Source: Mustelus asterias (Eukaryota). From it: a stretch of DNA of 64,000 nucleotides. Location of the stretch: assembly GCF_964213995.1 (NCBI RefSeq), contig NC_135804.1, forward strand, positions 26,350,001 to 26,414,000, read 5' to 3'. This document shows positions 1 to 11,940 of this stretch, in pieces. The notes beneath the pieces are model-generated. The model was given only the letters and a program-made list of their open reading frames with translations. It was not told where the DNA came from and did no database searches. How positions within the stretch are numbered: position 1 is the stretch's first letter; each line of letters starts with the position of its first letter. Made by a program: the position numbers and the translations under genes.

Positions 1-277
1 CTGCTGTGGTCCTTCAATGTTTTAATTCCATTAACTGTTCTAATACACATAACACAATCCAAGAGACCAACAACCAATCTGTCATTGTCCCTTCCTTATC
101 CCTGCAAAATCAGATGCTTCACACAGAAGCATTCAAAGATTTTATCAATAATCAGCAATTTTTCTTAAAATACAGTATACATTACATCAATTTCAATTGA
201 AAACATGGAAATGAAAGAAACTAAAACTACCCACATGTCCAATTACTTCAAAAATTAGAAAATATTTAGTACTATAC

Positions 278-338
278 CATCTATATGGACTATCCCAGGA
301 GAAAAACGCAACTTCTTTGGAGCCTCTCTACACAAACC
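278..338 (-). CDS. CTU2: CTU2 coding exon 5 (61 nt; GLCREAPKKLRFSPGIVHID); gene continues off the left edge
   Basis: On the minus strand, ttttag|GGT...GATG|gtatag. The peptide matches my recollection of human CTU2 GLSQDSAKRLRFVAGVIFVD, and phase 0 continues from exon 4. Confidence 0.93.
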
Positions 339-504
339 CTAAAAGAGAAACAATTTATTATACTTTGCTAACACAAAACGATTTGCTTAACAATAAAAAA
401 TATATTTCTTCAAAGCAATTTCTGCTTCAGTTTAAAAATAATTGTATCAATTAATGGTAATTTCAGCTTTATTCAATCAAGATTTCAAAGTAATTAAAGA
501 ATTT

Positions 505-700
505 TTTATTCTTTTTTTATTTGTGGGACATGGGTGTTGCTGGCTGGCCAGCATTAATTGCCCATCCCTATTGCCCTTGGAGGGCAGTTGAGAATCAACC
601 ACATTGCTGTGGCTTAGAGTCACATGTAGGTCAGACCAGGTAAGGACGGCAGATTTCTTCCCTAAAGGACATTAGTGAACCGGATGGGTGTTTCCCACAA
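505..700 (-). mobile_element. tRNA-derived SINE, family B (3' part)
   Basis: Same sequence as the copies at about 6855-7260, 25634-26325, 33190-33550, 34503-34865 and 47440-47790. Confidence 0.75.
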
Positions 701-1025
701 GAATCGAATCATAAAGCGGCTACAGCACAGAACAAGGCACTTAGCCCATTGTGTCTGCACTGCCGAAAAACAAGCCACGCAGCCTAAATCCACTTTCCAG
801 CATTTGGTCTGTAGCCCTGCAGATTCTGGCACTTCAGGAGCATATCCAGTTACCTTTTAAATGAATTGAAGGTTTCTGCCTCTACTATTCTTTCAGAGTT
901 CAAGGCCTCCTACAACCAACCCTCATCTCCCTTCTACCAATCAGTTTAAATATATGGCCCCTAGTAACTGACCTCGCTGCTGGAGTACAGGCCCTCCCCA
1001 ACCACTCCATCCAAACCCCTCACAA

Positions 1026-2845
1026 CTGACGAAGAGTCATCCCTACTCAAAACATTAGCTCTGTTCTCTCCACGGATGTTGTCAGACCTGTTGAGATTTT
1101 CCAGCTTTTTCTGTTTTTGTTTGTTTCCAGCATCCACAGTAATTTGCTTTTATCTTCGTGTCAAATTCACTGCCACTTCTCTTCCAGGAATGCCTACCCT
1201 GAAGAAGTACTGCTCTTCGCTCTGACAGGATTCCTGTTTGTCTCGTTCACCCTATCCACCTTCATCACTTTCCATTTCCCACCTGGTGTTCAATAAGGTA
1301 AAGTGTATTTATTAGTCACAAGTAAGGCTTACATTAACACTGCAATGAAGTTACTGTGAAACTCCCCACAGTCCGGCACCCGTAGGGGTCAATGCATCTA
1401 ACCAGCACGTCTTTCAGAATGTGGGAGGAAACCGGAGCGCCCGGAGGAAACCCACGCAGACACGGGGAGAACGTGCAAACTCCACACAGACAGTGACCCA
1501 AGCCAGGAATCGAACCCAGGTCCCTGGCGCTGTGAAGCAGCAGTGCTAACCACTGTGCCACCGTGCATGTTTACCACAATTTGCTTTCACAGCCATATTT
1601 CCTTCCTCTGCGACTGCCTCCATCTTCAACTTATCCCATGTGGATTCCAACTGAAGTTCCATTCCTCAAATTTCAAACCTACTCAGGATTACAGGTATCT
1701 CCAGGACATACAATGCTCCTCAGATTGCTGTTCTCACCACATCCTAAGATCCACACTCAGTGCCACGTGTCGCCATATGCACACAATATCTCTCCAGCAA
1801 CACCAACTCACCCTATCTCAAAGTTGTCTTTATCTCCAGTTTCATTTCATTCTTCGTCTCACCCGATGCCTCAGCAATAAATTTCTCATCCTTTCAGGTA
1901 TTAAGGAACAGATGCTCAAACAACTCAATACCAACATCCATCCAGAACCCTCCTCCCCTTCCCATCTTTCAAACTTTATCCCTCCTAACTGCAGCCCTTA
2001 CCATACCCTCTGACCTTCCCCTGAGGCTGAACGTGCTGCACTCGGCAAAGAACGCTGCTTCATACCTTTATGCCTCCACCTCAATGCTGAACTCTTCTCT
2101 GCCTTCTTCATTTCCATGCTCAGTTCTTTGGGCAGGAATCCTCCTCTTATGCAATGGATCCTTTCACCCACCTCCACCATTCTCCCTCCACCTGGACCTC
2201 TCTCTTCAACCTCCTCCTAATCTTTTCATTGAGAACTGTCAACAAGACATCAGCTGTCTCAATTTCTCTGCTCCTCTCACCCATTCTAGCCTGTATCCTT
2301 CCGAACTGCTGCACTCTGCTTTCTCTGGTTCAACCCCGACTGTCATCAAACCTGCTGTTATCAGTCTGGCATACTGACCGTGACCTCAGAGGCGGAGCTC
2401 TCAGATGCTTCCTCCTACCTCCCCTTGGACCATGACCCCACCACCAAGCCATTGTTTTCAGGACTGTCACTGACCTCATCGCCTTTGGTGATCTTCCCTC
2501 CAAAGCTTCCAACCTCAGTCTCCCAACTCCGGACGGCCCGCTTCTACCTCCTTCCCAAAATCCACAAACAGGACTGTCCCAGTAGACCAATCGTGTCAGT
2601 CTGTTCCTGTCCCACTGAACTCATTTCTCCCTATCTTGACTCCACCCTCTCTCCTCTTGTCCAGTTCTTTCCCACCTACATCTGCGATTCCTCTGATGCC
2701 CAATGTTCTCTCTTTTGTATTTTAAAAGGAGCTCTGACAAAGGGTCATCCAAATTTGAAACGTTAGCTGTTTTCTCTCCACAGATACTGTCAAACCTGCT
2801 AAGATTTTCCAGCATCTTCTGTTTTGTTTCAGATTCCAGCATCCT
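1026..2845 (+). mobile_element. Degenerate Penelope-like element: terminal repeat, RT fragment, terminal repeat; interrupted by a SINE
   Basis: ORF 2380-2766 contains FYLLPKIHK...RPIVS...PTELIS, the PLE/telomerase-type RT N-terminal motifs. Related hammerhead-bearing terminal repeats lie at 1026-1153 and 2730-2845. Confidence 0.8.
1297..1566 (-). mobile_element. HE1/V-SINE-like SINE (tail type b)
   Basis: tRNA-like A/B boxes (TGGCACAGTGG, GGTTCGATTCC), the V-domain gtctgcgtgggtttcctccggg, and tail ...gtaagccttacttgtgactaataaa. Confidence 0.85.
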
Positions 2846-3400
2846 GCATTCTAAGGAGAACAAGTGCACCTATCCAATCTTTCCTCAAAGCTTCAATTTT
2901 CCAGCCCTGGCACCACCCTCATAAATCTCCTCTGTGCCCACTCTAATGCAATTAGATCCTTTCTGTAATGAGGTGATCATAACTGCACACAGTACTCAAT
3001 TTGTGGACTAACTAATGTTTTATATAATTCCAGCACAATGTCCCTGCTCTTATGTTCTATGTCTTGGCTAATAAATGAAAAAATTCCGTATGCCTTCTTA
3101 ACCAACTGATCACCCTGTCCTGCTACCTTCAGGGATCTGTGGACACTCACTCGGTCCCTCACTTCCTCTACACCACTCAGTAACCTCCCATTTATTATCT
3201 ATTCCCTTACCATGTTTGACCTCTCCAAATGCATCATCTGACATTTCTCTAGGTTGAATTCCATGTGCCACTTTTCTGCCCAGTCCACTGACATCTTCCT
3301 GCAGACTACAGAAATCCTCCTCACTATCAATCACATGGTCAACTTTTGTGTTGTCGGCAATCTTCTTGATGTACATTTACATTCAAATCGTTAATACATA
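2846..3400 (-). mobile_element. CR1 LINE ORF2 fragment
   Basis: Translations IADNTK and LELYKTLVSPQIEYCVQ match the CR1 RT C-terminal region. Confidence 0.8.
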
Positions 3401-3849
3401 CCACCAGGGGTAAAAGTAACTTCAATTTCTTACAGGTACAGTTGTGTGGGCCCCTTCTCATCTACACTCCTAAACACTTAATTTCATGGATACCATGAAA
3501 ATAAAACTTAATATTGGAATAAAAACCTGAACTAATCTTATAGAAACTCCCATGCAGCTAATTTCGCTGCACTCCCTATTCTCATCACACCATGCCTCAA
3601 GCCGAATTTGCTAATCGAGTCTCAGTTTGATTAACCAGCAATGCAGTTTCACTTGTCTCCTCTCTTTGTGGTGGTGACTCACGTGTAGGTGTAAAAGTGT
3701 CAGTGTTTTCTCCCTGTGGGTGACTCTCAGGTTCATTTATTGCTGTTCTAATTGACTGAGAATCCCCCATTTCCTCACTTATTAATTTAAATGTACCCAC
3801 CAGGGTCTGTTGAACATATAATCTTAGGCAGCATTTTCCCCTGAAAATC

Positions 3850-4147
3850 AGAATCCCTACAGTGCAGAAGGAGGCCATTCGGCCCATTGAGTCTGCACTG
3901 ACCACAATCCCACCCAGGTCCTATCCCCGTGCATTTACCAAACTAGACCCCTGACACTAAGGGGCAATTTAACATGGCCAATCCACCTAACCCACACATC
4001 TTTATAGTGTGGGGGGAAACTGGAGCACCCGGAGGAAACCCACGCACGCACAGGGAGAATATTCAAACTGCACAAAGTGACCCAAGCCGCGAATCAAACC
4101 CAGGTCCCTGGCACTGTGCCGCAGCAGTGCTAACCACTGTGCCACTG
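3850..4147 (-). mobile_element. HE1-like SINE (CR1-type tail a)
   Basis: tRNA head, V-domain and tail ggccgaatggcctccttctgcactgtagggattc. Confidence 0.85.
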
Positions 4148-4579
4148 TTAAAAATTAAAATACAATCTTTTTTTTAAAATCCTCACAATAAAAAATATTC
4201 CACATTATGAATTTTTACTTTGAAATATTTCAGCAAAATGTTCCTTTAACAATGTAATTAAATAAAGTAATTTTATTTCCTGCTCAAAAATACTCTGACA
4301 CTTTAAAGTGTTTCTCTGAATTATTTTAATTCTAGCGTAGCTCTGCTCACTTATTTATTTAGCTCCAATACCTCAGTAAGACCTCAAAGGTCTAAACAAA
4401 TTCAGAAATATTTTCTCCGTCATGCACTCTTAAATGTCTCAGTCCTCCTCTCTCTTCCTCCTGTAGCCTCTTACTTGCTGTCAATTATCAGACGATGCCA
4501 CCAGCTCTAATTTCTAAATTAACCAACTATAATCAAAATGCTGTCTTTCAATACACAAACCAATCATAAAAAGCACTAA

Positions 4580-5540
4580 CAGGAAACAGAGTGGTGGCAA
4601 ATGATTGTTTTTCAAACTGGAGGAACGTATAGAGTGGTGATCCCAAGGATCAGTAATAACACTGTTGTCTTTCTCAATAAAGCTGATGGTTTAAGATTAC
4701 AGTGTGCAGGGCACAATTTCAAAATTTGAAGATGGCAGAAAATGTGGGTATTATGGACTGTAGGGAGGGTAGTGATAGGCTTCAAGAGGATTGATAGGCT
4801 GATGGAAAAGGGGTGAAATGCAGCAGATGAAATTTAATGCAGACAAATATGAATGACAGTCATACAACATAAATCAATTCTAAAGGGAGTGCAAGATCAA
4901 AGCGATGGAGGGGCTACGTGTGTACAAATTTTTCCAAGGCAGTTGGGTAGGTTGAGAAAGTGGTTAAAAAAGCATACAGGATCCTGAATCCTAAAGCAAG
5001 GATGTTCTGGTGAACCGGTATAAAACACTGGCTAGGCGTCAACTGGATAACTGTGTCCCATTCTTAGCACCACACTAGGAAAGACGTGAAGGCTTCAGAG
5101 AAGCTGCAAAAAAGATTCATGAGAATGGTTGCAAGAATGAGGGACTTAGAAATGAGAGGTTTGACAGGAGATTTGATAGAGGTGTTCAAAAATCATGTCT
5201 ATAAATAGTGAATGGAGGAAATGGTTTCCATTGGAAGTTCAGTTGAGAACCAAAGCACATAATTTTAAGGTGATTGGCAAATAACACCAAACAGTAACAT
5301 GAGAAAAACTATTTTTACATAGTGAGTGGTTGTAATCTGAAGTGCACTGTCTGAGGGGGTGTTGGAGGTAGATTCAATCGTGGCTTTCAAAAGATAACTG
5401 GATAAGCAGCTGAAAGGAATAAAATTACAGGGTTATAGGGAAAAGGCAGGGGAGTGGGACTTGCTAAATTGCTCTTGCAGAGAGCAGGCATGGATTCAAC
5501 AAACCAAATAGCCATATTCTAGCTGTGACCAATGATATTG
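4580..5540 (+). mobile_element. Old CR1 LINE 3' fragment
   Basis: Degraded nucleotide similarity to the CR1 copy at 18200-19200. Confidence 0.7.
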
Positions 5541-5771
5541 TAAGAGTAACAAGTACTACTAAACTGGCAGAAAAATGTAAAATGTTTATTTTTGTTGGGA
5601 TTACAAATCAACTAATAACACTTACAAAATATTGCAATTCATATTCATGCATCTGACCAAAGGAATGCAGTACCCTAGACATTAAGAAATGATTGTTAAT
5701 AGTTTATTTTACCACATTTGGAGCACTGTTGAGAAAGGAAGCTAAGCTTGATATTAATTGTAATACAGTAC

Positions 5772-5831
5772 CTCTTGAACCTGGCAAAGCATTGCACTAG
5801 ATGTGGGACCACCTGATAATGCCAGCAAAAC
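5772..5831 (-). CDS. CTU2: CTU2 coding exon 4 (60 nt; VLLALSGGPTSSAMLCQVQE)
   Basis: tacag| acceptor and |gtactg donor. Carries the degenerate PP-loop SGGxSS motif typical of CTU2. Confidence 0.95.
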
Positions 5832-6133
5832 CTGTACAGAAAATAGCAAAAATATGAAGGGAAGAAACACAGACATTTCTAGTTATACTGACAAGTTCTG
5901 CCAATTAGCAGTTCAGCAAATGCAGAATAGCTAGAGGCAAATTAGCCTTAGCTTAACAATTTCAGGATCGGTCGATACTTATTCCTCAGAAATCCAGTTT
6001 TATCAATCTAAAAACAATTTCAGGTAAAACCACGGGCATTCATGACACAGAAAGGTACCCTTCAGCCCATTTCTTGTGTCCTTTTTTGCCAAAATAGATA
6101 AAAATGCATTGGTGATATCAAAGTTCACTAATG

Positions 6134-6550
6134 GAGCTCCCCTGGTGGCTTAGTTTGGAAATTCACTGCCTATTCAGCCTTTTGCAGACCAAGTGAGTCT
6201 CAGGTTCGATCCCCAGTTTAATCCAAGCTACTTGACTTTAGCAAAGGGTCACAGCAGGGATATTACAATTTTCCCTAGTACTCCTTTGGCTGGAGAAAAG
6301 AAAAAGAAAATCAGTTCTCAATTCCAATCCAGTAAGCTATTACTTTTCTAACTTGTCTCAGTTCTGATAAAAAAGGTCACAAACCTGAAATGTTAACTCT
6401 GTTTCTCTCTCCACAGATGCTGCCAAACCTGCTGAGTATTTCCAGCATTTTTTAAATTACAATCCAGCAACTTCAGCTGAAGAGCATCAGGTTCAACTGT
6501 AATAACTGTTCAATATGTAACAACTTATCAAGTCCTCAACCTAGACTGTA
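6134..6550 (+). mobile_element. Ancient tRNA-derived SINE (AmnSINE2-like by recall), split by a PLE stub
   Basis: A box tggtggcttagt and B box ggttcgatcccc; related fragments at about 43630-43760, 44400-44500 (-) and 55295-55560. Confidence 0.5.
6336..6455 (+). mobile_element. PLE terminal-repeat stub with degenerate hammerhead
   Basis: AGTT-CTGATAA...AGGT/ACCT-GAAA-TGTT-AACT. Flanked by attccaatccagtaa (6321-6335) and attacaatccagcaa (6456-6470), a probable TSD. Confidence 0.7.
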
Positions 6551-6637
6551 TAATAAAGTCAATTTTAAATCCAGAACTAGGATATCTTCTGATACAAAAA
6601 CACAATTTTCAAGCAAATATCTCTCTGCATTACTTGC

Positions 6638-6716
6638 CTGTTCGCCAGGAAAAATTAAGCGGGTCTTCCCCAGCATGGCACGGAATTTGTGTACAAAGTA
6701 TTCTTTGAAGCAGGAT
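6638..6716 (-). CDS. CTU2: CTU2 coding exon 3 (79 nt; SCFKEYFVHKFRAMLGKTRLIFPGEQ)
   Basis: ttcttcag| acceptor and the conserved HKFRAMLGKxRLIFPGE motif. Ends at a GC donor (CAG|GCAAGT), which keeps frame with exon 4. Confidence 0.95.
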
Positions 6717-6854
6717 CTGAAGAAGAAAATACATAAACATTACTGGTGGAAAGTTGAAGCATTTTGAATTTTCAGATACATTTGCGATGCCATTAATCAA
6801 CAATTACAATTAGTCTAATTGAACCAAGTAGTATAAAGATGTAAAATCCATATT

Positions 6855-7260
6855 TGTATCCATTCATACAATGGGGGTGTCATTGGTAAGGCCAGCATTT
6901 ATTACCCCATCCCTAATTGTTATTGAGGAGAGGTGGTGAGCTGCCTTCTTGAATACAATGGAGTACTGGTAACTGCTAAGGCAGCTAAAGCCATTTCAGA
7001 GGGCAGTTAAGAGTCAACCATATCACAGGAGTCATATATAGGCCAAATAAGGGTCCCAAATTTCCTACTCTAAAAGGACTTAGTGAACCAGATAGGTTTT
7101 TGTAATAATCTATTAGTTACATAGTGACCATTCCTGACAAGCATTTGATTCTAATTTTAAGTTCACCAGCTGCTATGGTGCGATTTATACTCAAGTCCCC
7201 AAATAATTAGTCCAGGCTCTGAATTGCTAGGTCATTAACATAACCAGTATGCTAACCTAC
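6855..7260 (-). mobile_element. tRNA-derived SINE, family B
   Basis: Similar to the other family-B copies over its full length. Confidence 0.7.
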
Positions 7261-8279
7261 TTAGTCACACCCACATTTTGTTAATCCCATTGTTTTTGAT
7301 TAGCAATGAAAACTTACACTAGGTATCCTCTTAAAACTATAAATCTGATAGTCCTAACTTTCAGTTTCAGGAAAAGTCACAAGTTTTCAAACCTTTCTTC
7401 AGAAATCTTGGTTTAATTCTTGTGAATTTTCACTACATCCTTTTTTTGGTTCCAGTGTCCTTCTTCTAATTCAGTATTATATCTAGAACAGTGCAATGAA
7501 CTCAAACTGTGATCTAACCATAATCCTATACAAACTCAACGTAATTTCCGAATTATTTTTTAATTCAATGCTTCCATGTCTAAAACCCATATTCATAAGA
7601 ATACGAGAAACAGGAATAAAAGCAATCGAGGGTTACGGGAAAAGGCAGGAAAGTGGACGCAAGGATTGTCAGATCGGCCATGATCCTACTGAATGAGGGA
7701 ACAGATTCAAAGGGCTGAATGGCCTACTTCTGTTCCTATTTCTTATGGTCTAAGAGTAGCTTCTATGATGTCCCCTCAACCCTGCTTTGCCAATTTTTTA
7801 TTCTTTCATGGGATCACTAGCATTTGTGCTCATCGCTAATCACCTATGAAAAGGTGAGGTGAACCATCTTCTTGAACTGCTGCAGCCCAATGATTGTAGG
7901 TACACTTGCAATTCTGTTCTGAAATTGGTAGATTTTTGGTGTTAAGGGAATGAAGGGACAGGACAGGAAAGTGGAGTGATGTGAAAGTTTAGCTACAATC
8001 ATATTAAACATTCACTCCCTCTACCACTGACCCCCAGTGGCAGCAATGACAAACATTATTCAAAATGCACTGCAGCAACTCACCAATGCGTCTTTGATAG
8101 CACCTTCCAAACCTGCCACCTCTACTACCCCGAGAAGGATATGGGCAGCAGAACCATGGGAACACCACCACCTACACGTTCCCCTTCAAGTCACACACCA
8201 ATCTGACTTGGAACTATATCACTGTTCCTTACCAGTCACTGGGTCAAAATCCTTGAACTCCCTTTTGCCAGGGCTCTGA

Positions 8280-9240
8280 TGTGTGGATTCCCTTAATCTC
8301 CTGAAAGTTTCATTCAAATCGCCACTTAACCACCAAACTTTCAGCTCATACGATTGTTTATCTCTCCTCATAAATTAATCCTTGGAATCCAAGGATTGTC
8401 CTAATAAGTCTACACTGTATTCTTTCCAAGGCCAAAATAACCATCCTACAGTGTGGTGCCCAGAACTGCTCACCATACTCCAGGCGTGCTCATTGCTGAA
8501 ACAACTCCTGTAATCTTGCACACTATTTTGCTAGACATCAAGGCCCGCGTTTTCTGCACCATTTTAATAATCTATGTACCTGGATGACCAAGTTTCTTTA
8601 AACCTCCTGTGTTTCTAGCTTTTCACCATTTGCAAAGTATCTAGTTCTATGCTTCTTGGGTCTGAAGTAGATGACCTCTCATTTGCCACAGTTTTGCCCA
8701 CTCACTTAATCTATCAATATCACTTTGTAACTTTATGCTTCCATCCACACTGTATGCAATGCTGCCTATCTTTGGGTCATTGGAGAAATTTGGAAATGCA
8801 GCTGTCTATCCCAATATTGTTAATGAAAACTGTAACTAGTTGAGGCCCCAACATGGATTTTTGTTGAAGCACCACCAGTCACATCACACCTATTATTCTC
8901 ATGTCTCCTTCCACCCAGTCAAAAATTTGCCTTCAATTCCATGAACTTTAAATTTTAGCTAACAGTTTCTTCTAAAGAACCTTATCAAATGCTTTCTGAA
9001 AGCCTTTATCAGTAACATACATGGGCATTCCCCCGTCTACTTCTTCCATCACCTCTTCACAAAATTCAATCAGCTTTCCCAAACATGACTACCCTTTCAA
9101 AATCCACACTGACTCTCTCTGATCAGCAGAAAATTTAAGGTCTTCAATCATCCTAAATTATAGACTCTAATAATTTCCCAACAATGGATGCAAGATTAAC
9201 TAGCTACAATTCCCTGATTTACCTCCCTCGTCTTCCTTAA
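8280..9240 (-). mobile_element. Old CR1 LINE fragment
   Basis: The reverse complement retains remnants of RT motifs (DFxKAFDKV, PQxSxLGP, QFWAPH). Confidence 0.65.
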
Positions 9241-9465
9241 CTTAAGCTATTTTCATTCCAACCTCTATTTATACTTTTGACAACACCCCTTTACCCTCAG
9301 TTGTAATGTATTTAATCTGGATTTAAGGCATATATTAGCCATGATATAATTAAATGTTGCAAAAGGCTAGATGGGATGAATGGCTTATTCACCAATGTAT
9401 AGGAAATTCCTTGTTTTGAAATTTTATATTTATAGAAATTTGTAATTGAATACTTTGGTACTTAC

Positions 9466-9540
9466 TTACAAAACGCATCTCCAACTCGAATGACCAACAC
9501 GGCAGAATTGTCCTTGCATTTCATACATTTCTGCGCAATA
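9466..9540 (-). CDS. CTU2: CTU2 coding exon 2 (75 nt; IAQKCMKCKDNSAVLVIRVGDAFC)
   Basis: ttttatag| acceptor and |gtaagt donor; CxKC...IRxGDAFC motif of CTU2. Confidence 0.95.
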   Translation of the reverse strand, partial: YCAEMYEMQGQFCRVGHSSWRCVL

Positions 9541-10944
9541 CTATAAAAAAGAATTCATATTGTAATTTTTAAAATATAAACTTAAGCATTTAGAGAGGTT
9601 CCTTGAGTTTTTTTTGAACCCATTCAAATCTGGGTGAATGGTCAATATTAACACTGCAAACAGCGCGACACAGGCAGAATGGTTGGTAACTGAAGAAATG
9701 GACTTCATACACTGAACACTTTACAACTGAAAAAAGTAACCACATATTTGATTTAAAAAGCCTTAATTAAAATTACATCTCCATGAACAAAATCAAATAA
9801 AATGTGTCTCTGGAATAATTACTAAACAGTGGGTTTTCCACAAAGGCTAGCAAAAATTTGGAACTTTAAAAAAAAAGTTTGTGGATGCTGGATCAATTGA
9901 AATCTTCAAGACCGGGATGGATTTTTTTTGTTAAAGTAAAAGTGGATAAATGGAATAGATACTGATCAGCCATGATTTTGTTGAATGCAGATCAGACCCC
10001 TCCTGTTCCTGTGTGCCTAGAAGGTTAAGAGTTTTGGCCCCTATGGATTAAGGTGCATTATCCAGGCTAACAATCTAAGGAAATGCGGCAATGTCAGAAT
10101 CTATATCCTTCAGGTAAAGCTGAAGTCCTGGCTGCATATTCATCAAAAAGATCAAAGTAATTTCTTCATCCAAACCTATTATGTAAACTATTGGAGATAC
10201 ATTTCTGTCAGGTTGGAAATAAAGTGTCCAGTTAGTGTCCTATTTTCCCATAAAGCTCTCATCCTTTCCTTTCCCATTTTAAGGTGTTTGACAATAACAC
10301 GCAACCCCACCCTTTGTCCTACATCACAAAGCTGCTTTTTCACCAAACAAAAACGAATAACGTGAAGAAATATCATGAACTAAAAGCGGTCACATTAGCA
10401 AGACAGTTCTGGTTACTACCCAAATATCGGTAGTAAATTTGAGTCTTTTGAGCTGGATAAATGGCATACTATACACTCACACAGGAATAGTAAGGGCTAC
10501 AAATCGAGCAGCAAGTTAGCTTTTGTTTACAATGACAAGAAAGCGACCCCTTCTTTCATGTGCGTTCCTCCTGTCGATCTATTCTCATTGCAGTCCCTTC
10601 TCTATTGCCTTGACAAAAAAAAAATCATTGCGCGTGCTTTAAGTCAATTCTTGCCGTGGGGAAAAAAAAACAACAAAAAGTTCAATCTTTCAATCCTATT
10701 TACATGAGGCACTCCCTTCAGAAAAGTGGGGGAGGGGGACTGCTGATTCGTTGTGTTTCCAAGACGCATTTGAGCAGTTGTCCGCAGCTAGGAATGTCAT
10801 GCTGCAGCAGTGGCCAGGTTCCCAACACCACACACATTCCTTCTCCCCGATGTACTCTATAAACGACAAGTTTTTGTTTGTATATAGCGCGCGAGAAACA
10901 ATACTTTCCACTGTACCCCAATACATGTAACAATAATAAATCAA

Positions 10945-11090
10945 ATATTATACACACACACACGTCCGTGTGTATAAATGACGTATGCATGTATAAAACA
11001 CAACATATAGCGTGTAACACATAAGCACAGAATATAGCGTGTATAACACACAGCTACAGCATATTACATATATACGGTGTGTATATGTAC
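10945..11090. repeat. Low-complexity CA/TA-rich repeat in CTU2 intron 1
   Basis: Alternating purine-pyrimidine tracts with recurrent atatagcgtgt. Confidence 0.7.
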
Positions 11091-11155
11091 ACAGTAAGAG
11101 TTTTAACACCACCAGGTTAAAATCCAACAGGTGTATTTGGTAGCAAACACCATTA
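11089..11155 (-). mobile_element. PLE terminal-repeat fragment (family A)
   Basis: Near-identical to 16424-16490. Confidence 0.8.
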
Positions 11156-11244
11156 CCATATATACCATCGTATATGTGTGTATACCAGGCACCTCTCCCG
11201 ACAACAAAGCGTTTCTATAAAAATGAATGGGTTTGCTGTCTAAC

Positions 11245-11306
11245 CTTGCGGCGGCCGCCGCCCTGTGCAGCGGCTGCTGGCTGTAATCCTCCTCGGCCTC
11301 GCACAT
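11245..11306 (-). CDS. CTU2: CTU2 coding exon 1 (62 nt; MCEAEEDYSQQPLHRAAAAA), cytoplasmic tRNA 2-thiolation protein 2
   Basis: ATG at 11306 inside the CpG island. The MCxxxEDY start resembles vertebrate CTU2, and the AAG|gttaga donor in phase 2 joins exon 2 in frame. Confidence 0.9.
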
Positions 11307-11794
11307 TGCCGCTCTCCGGGCTCCGCTCTCGATTCAATGGGGAGGGGGTGGGCGGACTGTGTGCGGACAGGCGGCGGCCAGCGTGTTGCCGGTGAGCCCG
11401 GCTCACACGCGCCACCTGCTCCCTGACTCGACCGACATCGGCCCGGAGAATCCGACCGAGTACAATTCCCTCTCTTGGTTTTTTTATCGACGATGCCGGT
11501 GCTGTTTCAGTCAGGTTTCCCTCCGCCTCCTCCTCCGCTGTGTGTTTTTATGTTTCGCTCCTCAGCACCATCCCCCCTCCAGGAAAGCGCGGCCTTTGTT
11601 CACTGGCGGCAGCCGCTCCGCAAGACAGAGGGGCAAATGGCGGCGTTTCCCTGGGAACCAGCTGCCCGTTGACGTCAGCCGGCTGTCGCGGGATGATGAC
11701 GCCAGCCGAACATCTCCTCGTCTCCCCCGACCCGCTGGCGGTCGCGGGGTGATGACGGCTGTTTAGGTTTTAGGGGGGGGGGGGGTTTAAGATC

Positions 11795-11940
11795 ATGGCG
11801 ATGTTTCGGAGTTTGGTCTCCGGCGCTCAGGCGAAACAAGCGCCCTCGGCGCCGGGGGAGAACCTGGCGGATTCGTACAGCTGCCCCATCTGCCTGGAGG
11901 TCTACCACAAGCCGGTGTCCATAACCAACTGCGGACACGC
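11795..11940 (+). CDS. RNF166: RNF166 coding exon 1 (146 nt; MAMFRSLVSG...CPICLEVYHKPVSITNCGH), RING-HC E3 ubiquitin ligase
   Basis: MAMFRSLV N-terminus and first half of the RING domain match RNF166; |gtgagt donor at 11941. Confidence 0.96.

Noticed and set aside
1334-1561. Recurrent small ORFs such as MAQWLALL... and MANAPN... (also at 14550, 34057, 41876, 57914)
   Set aside because: These are chance translations of HE1-like SINE copies, not genes.
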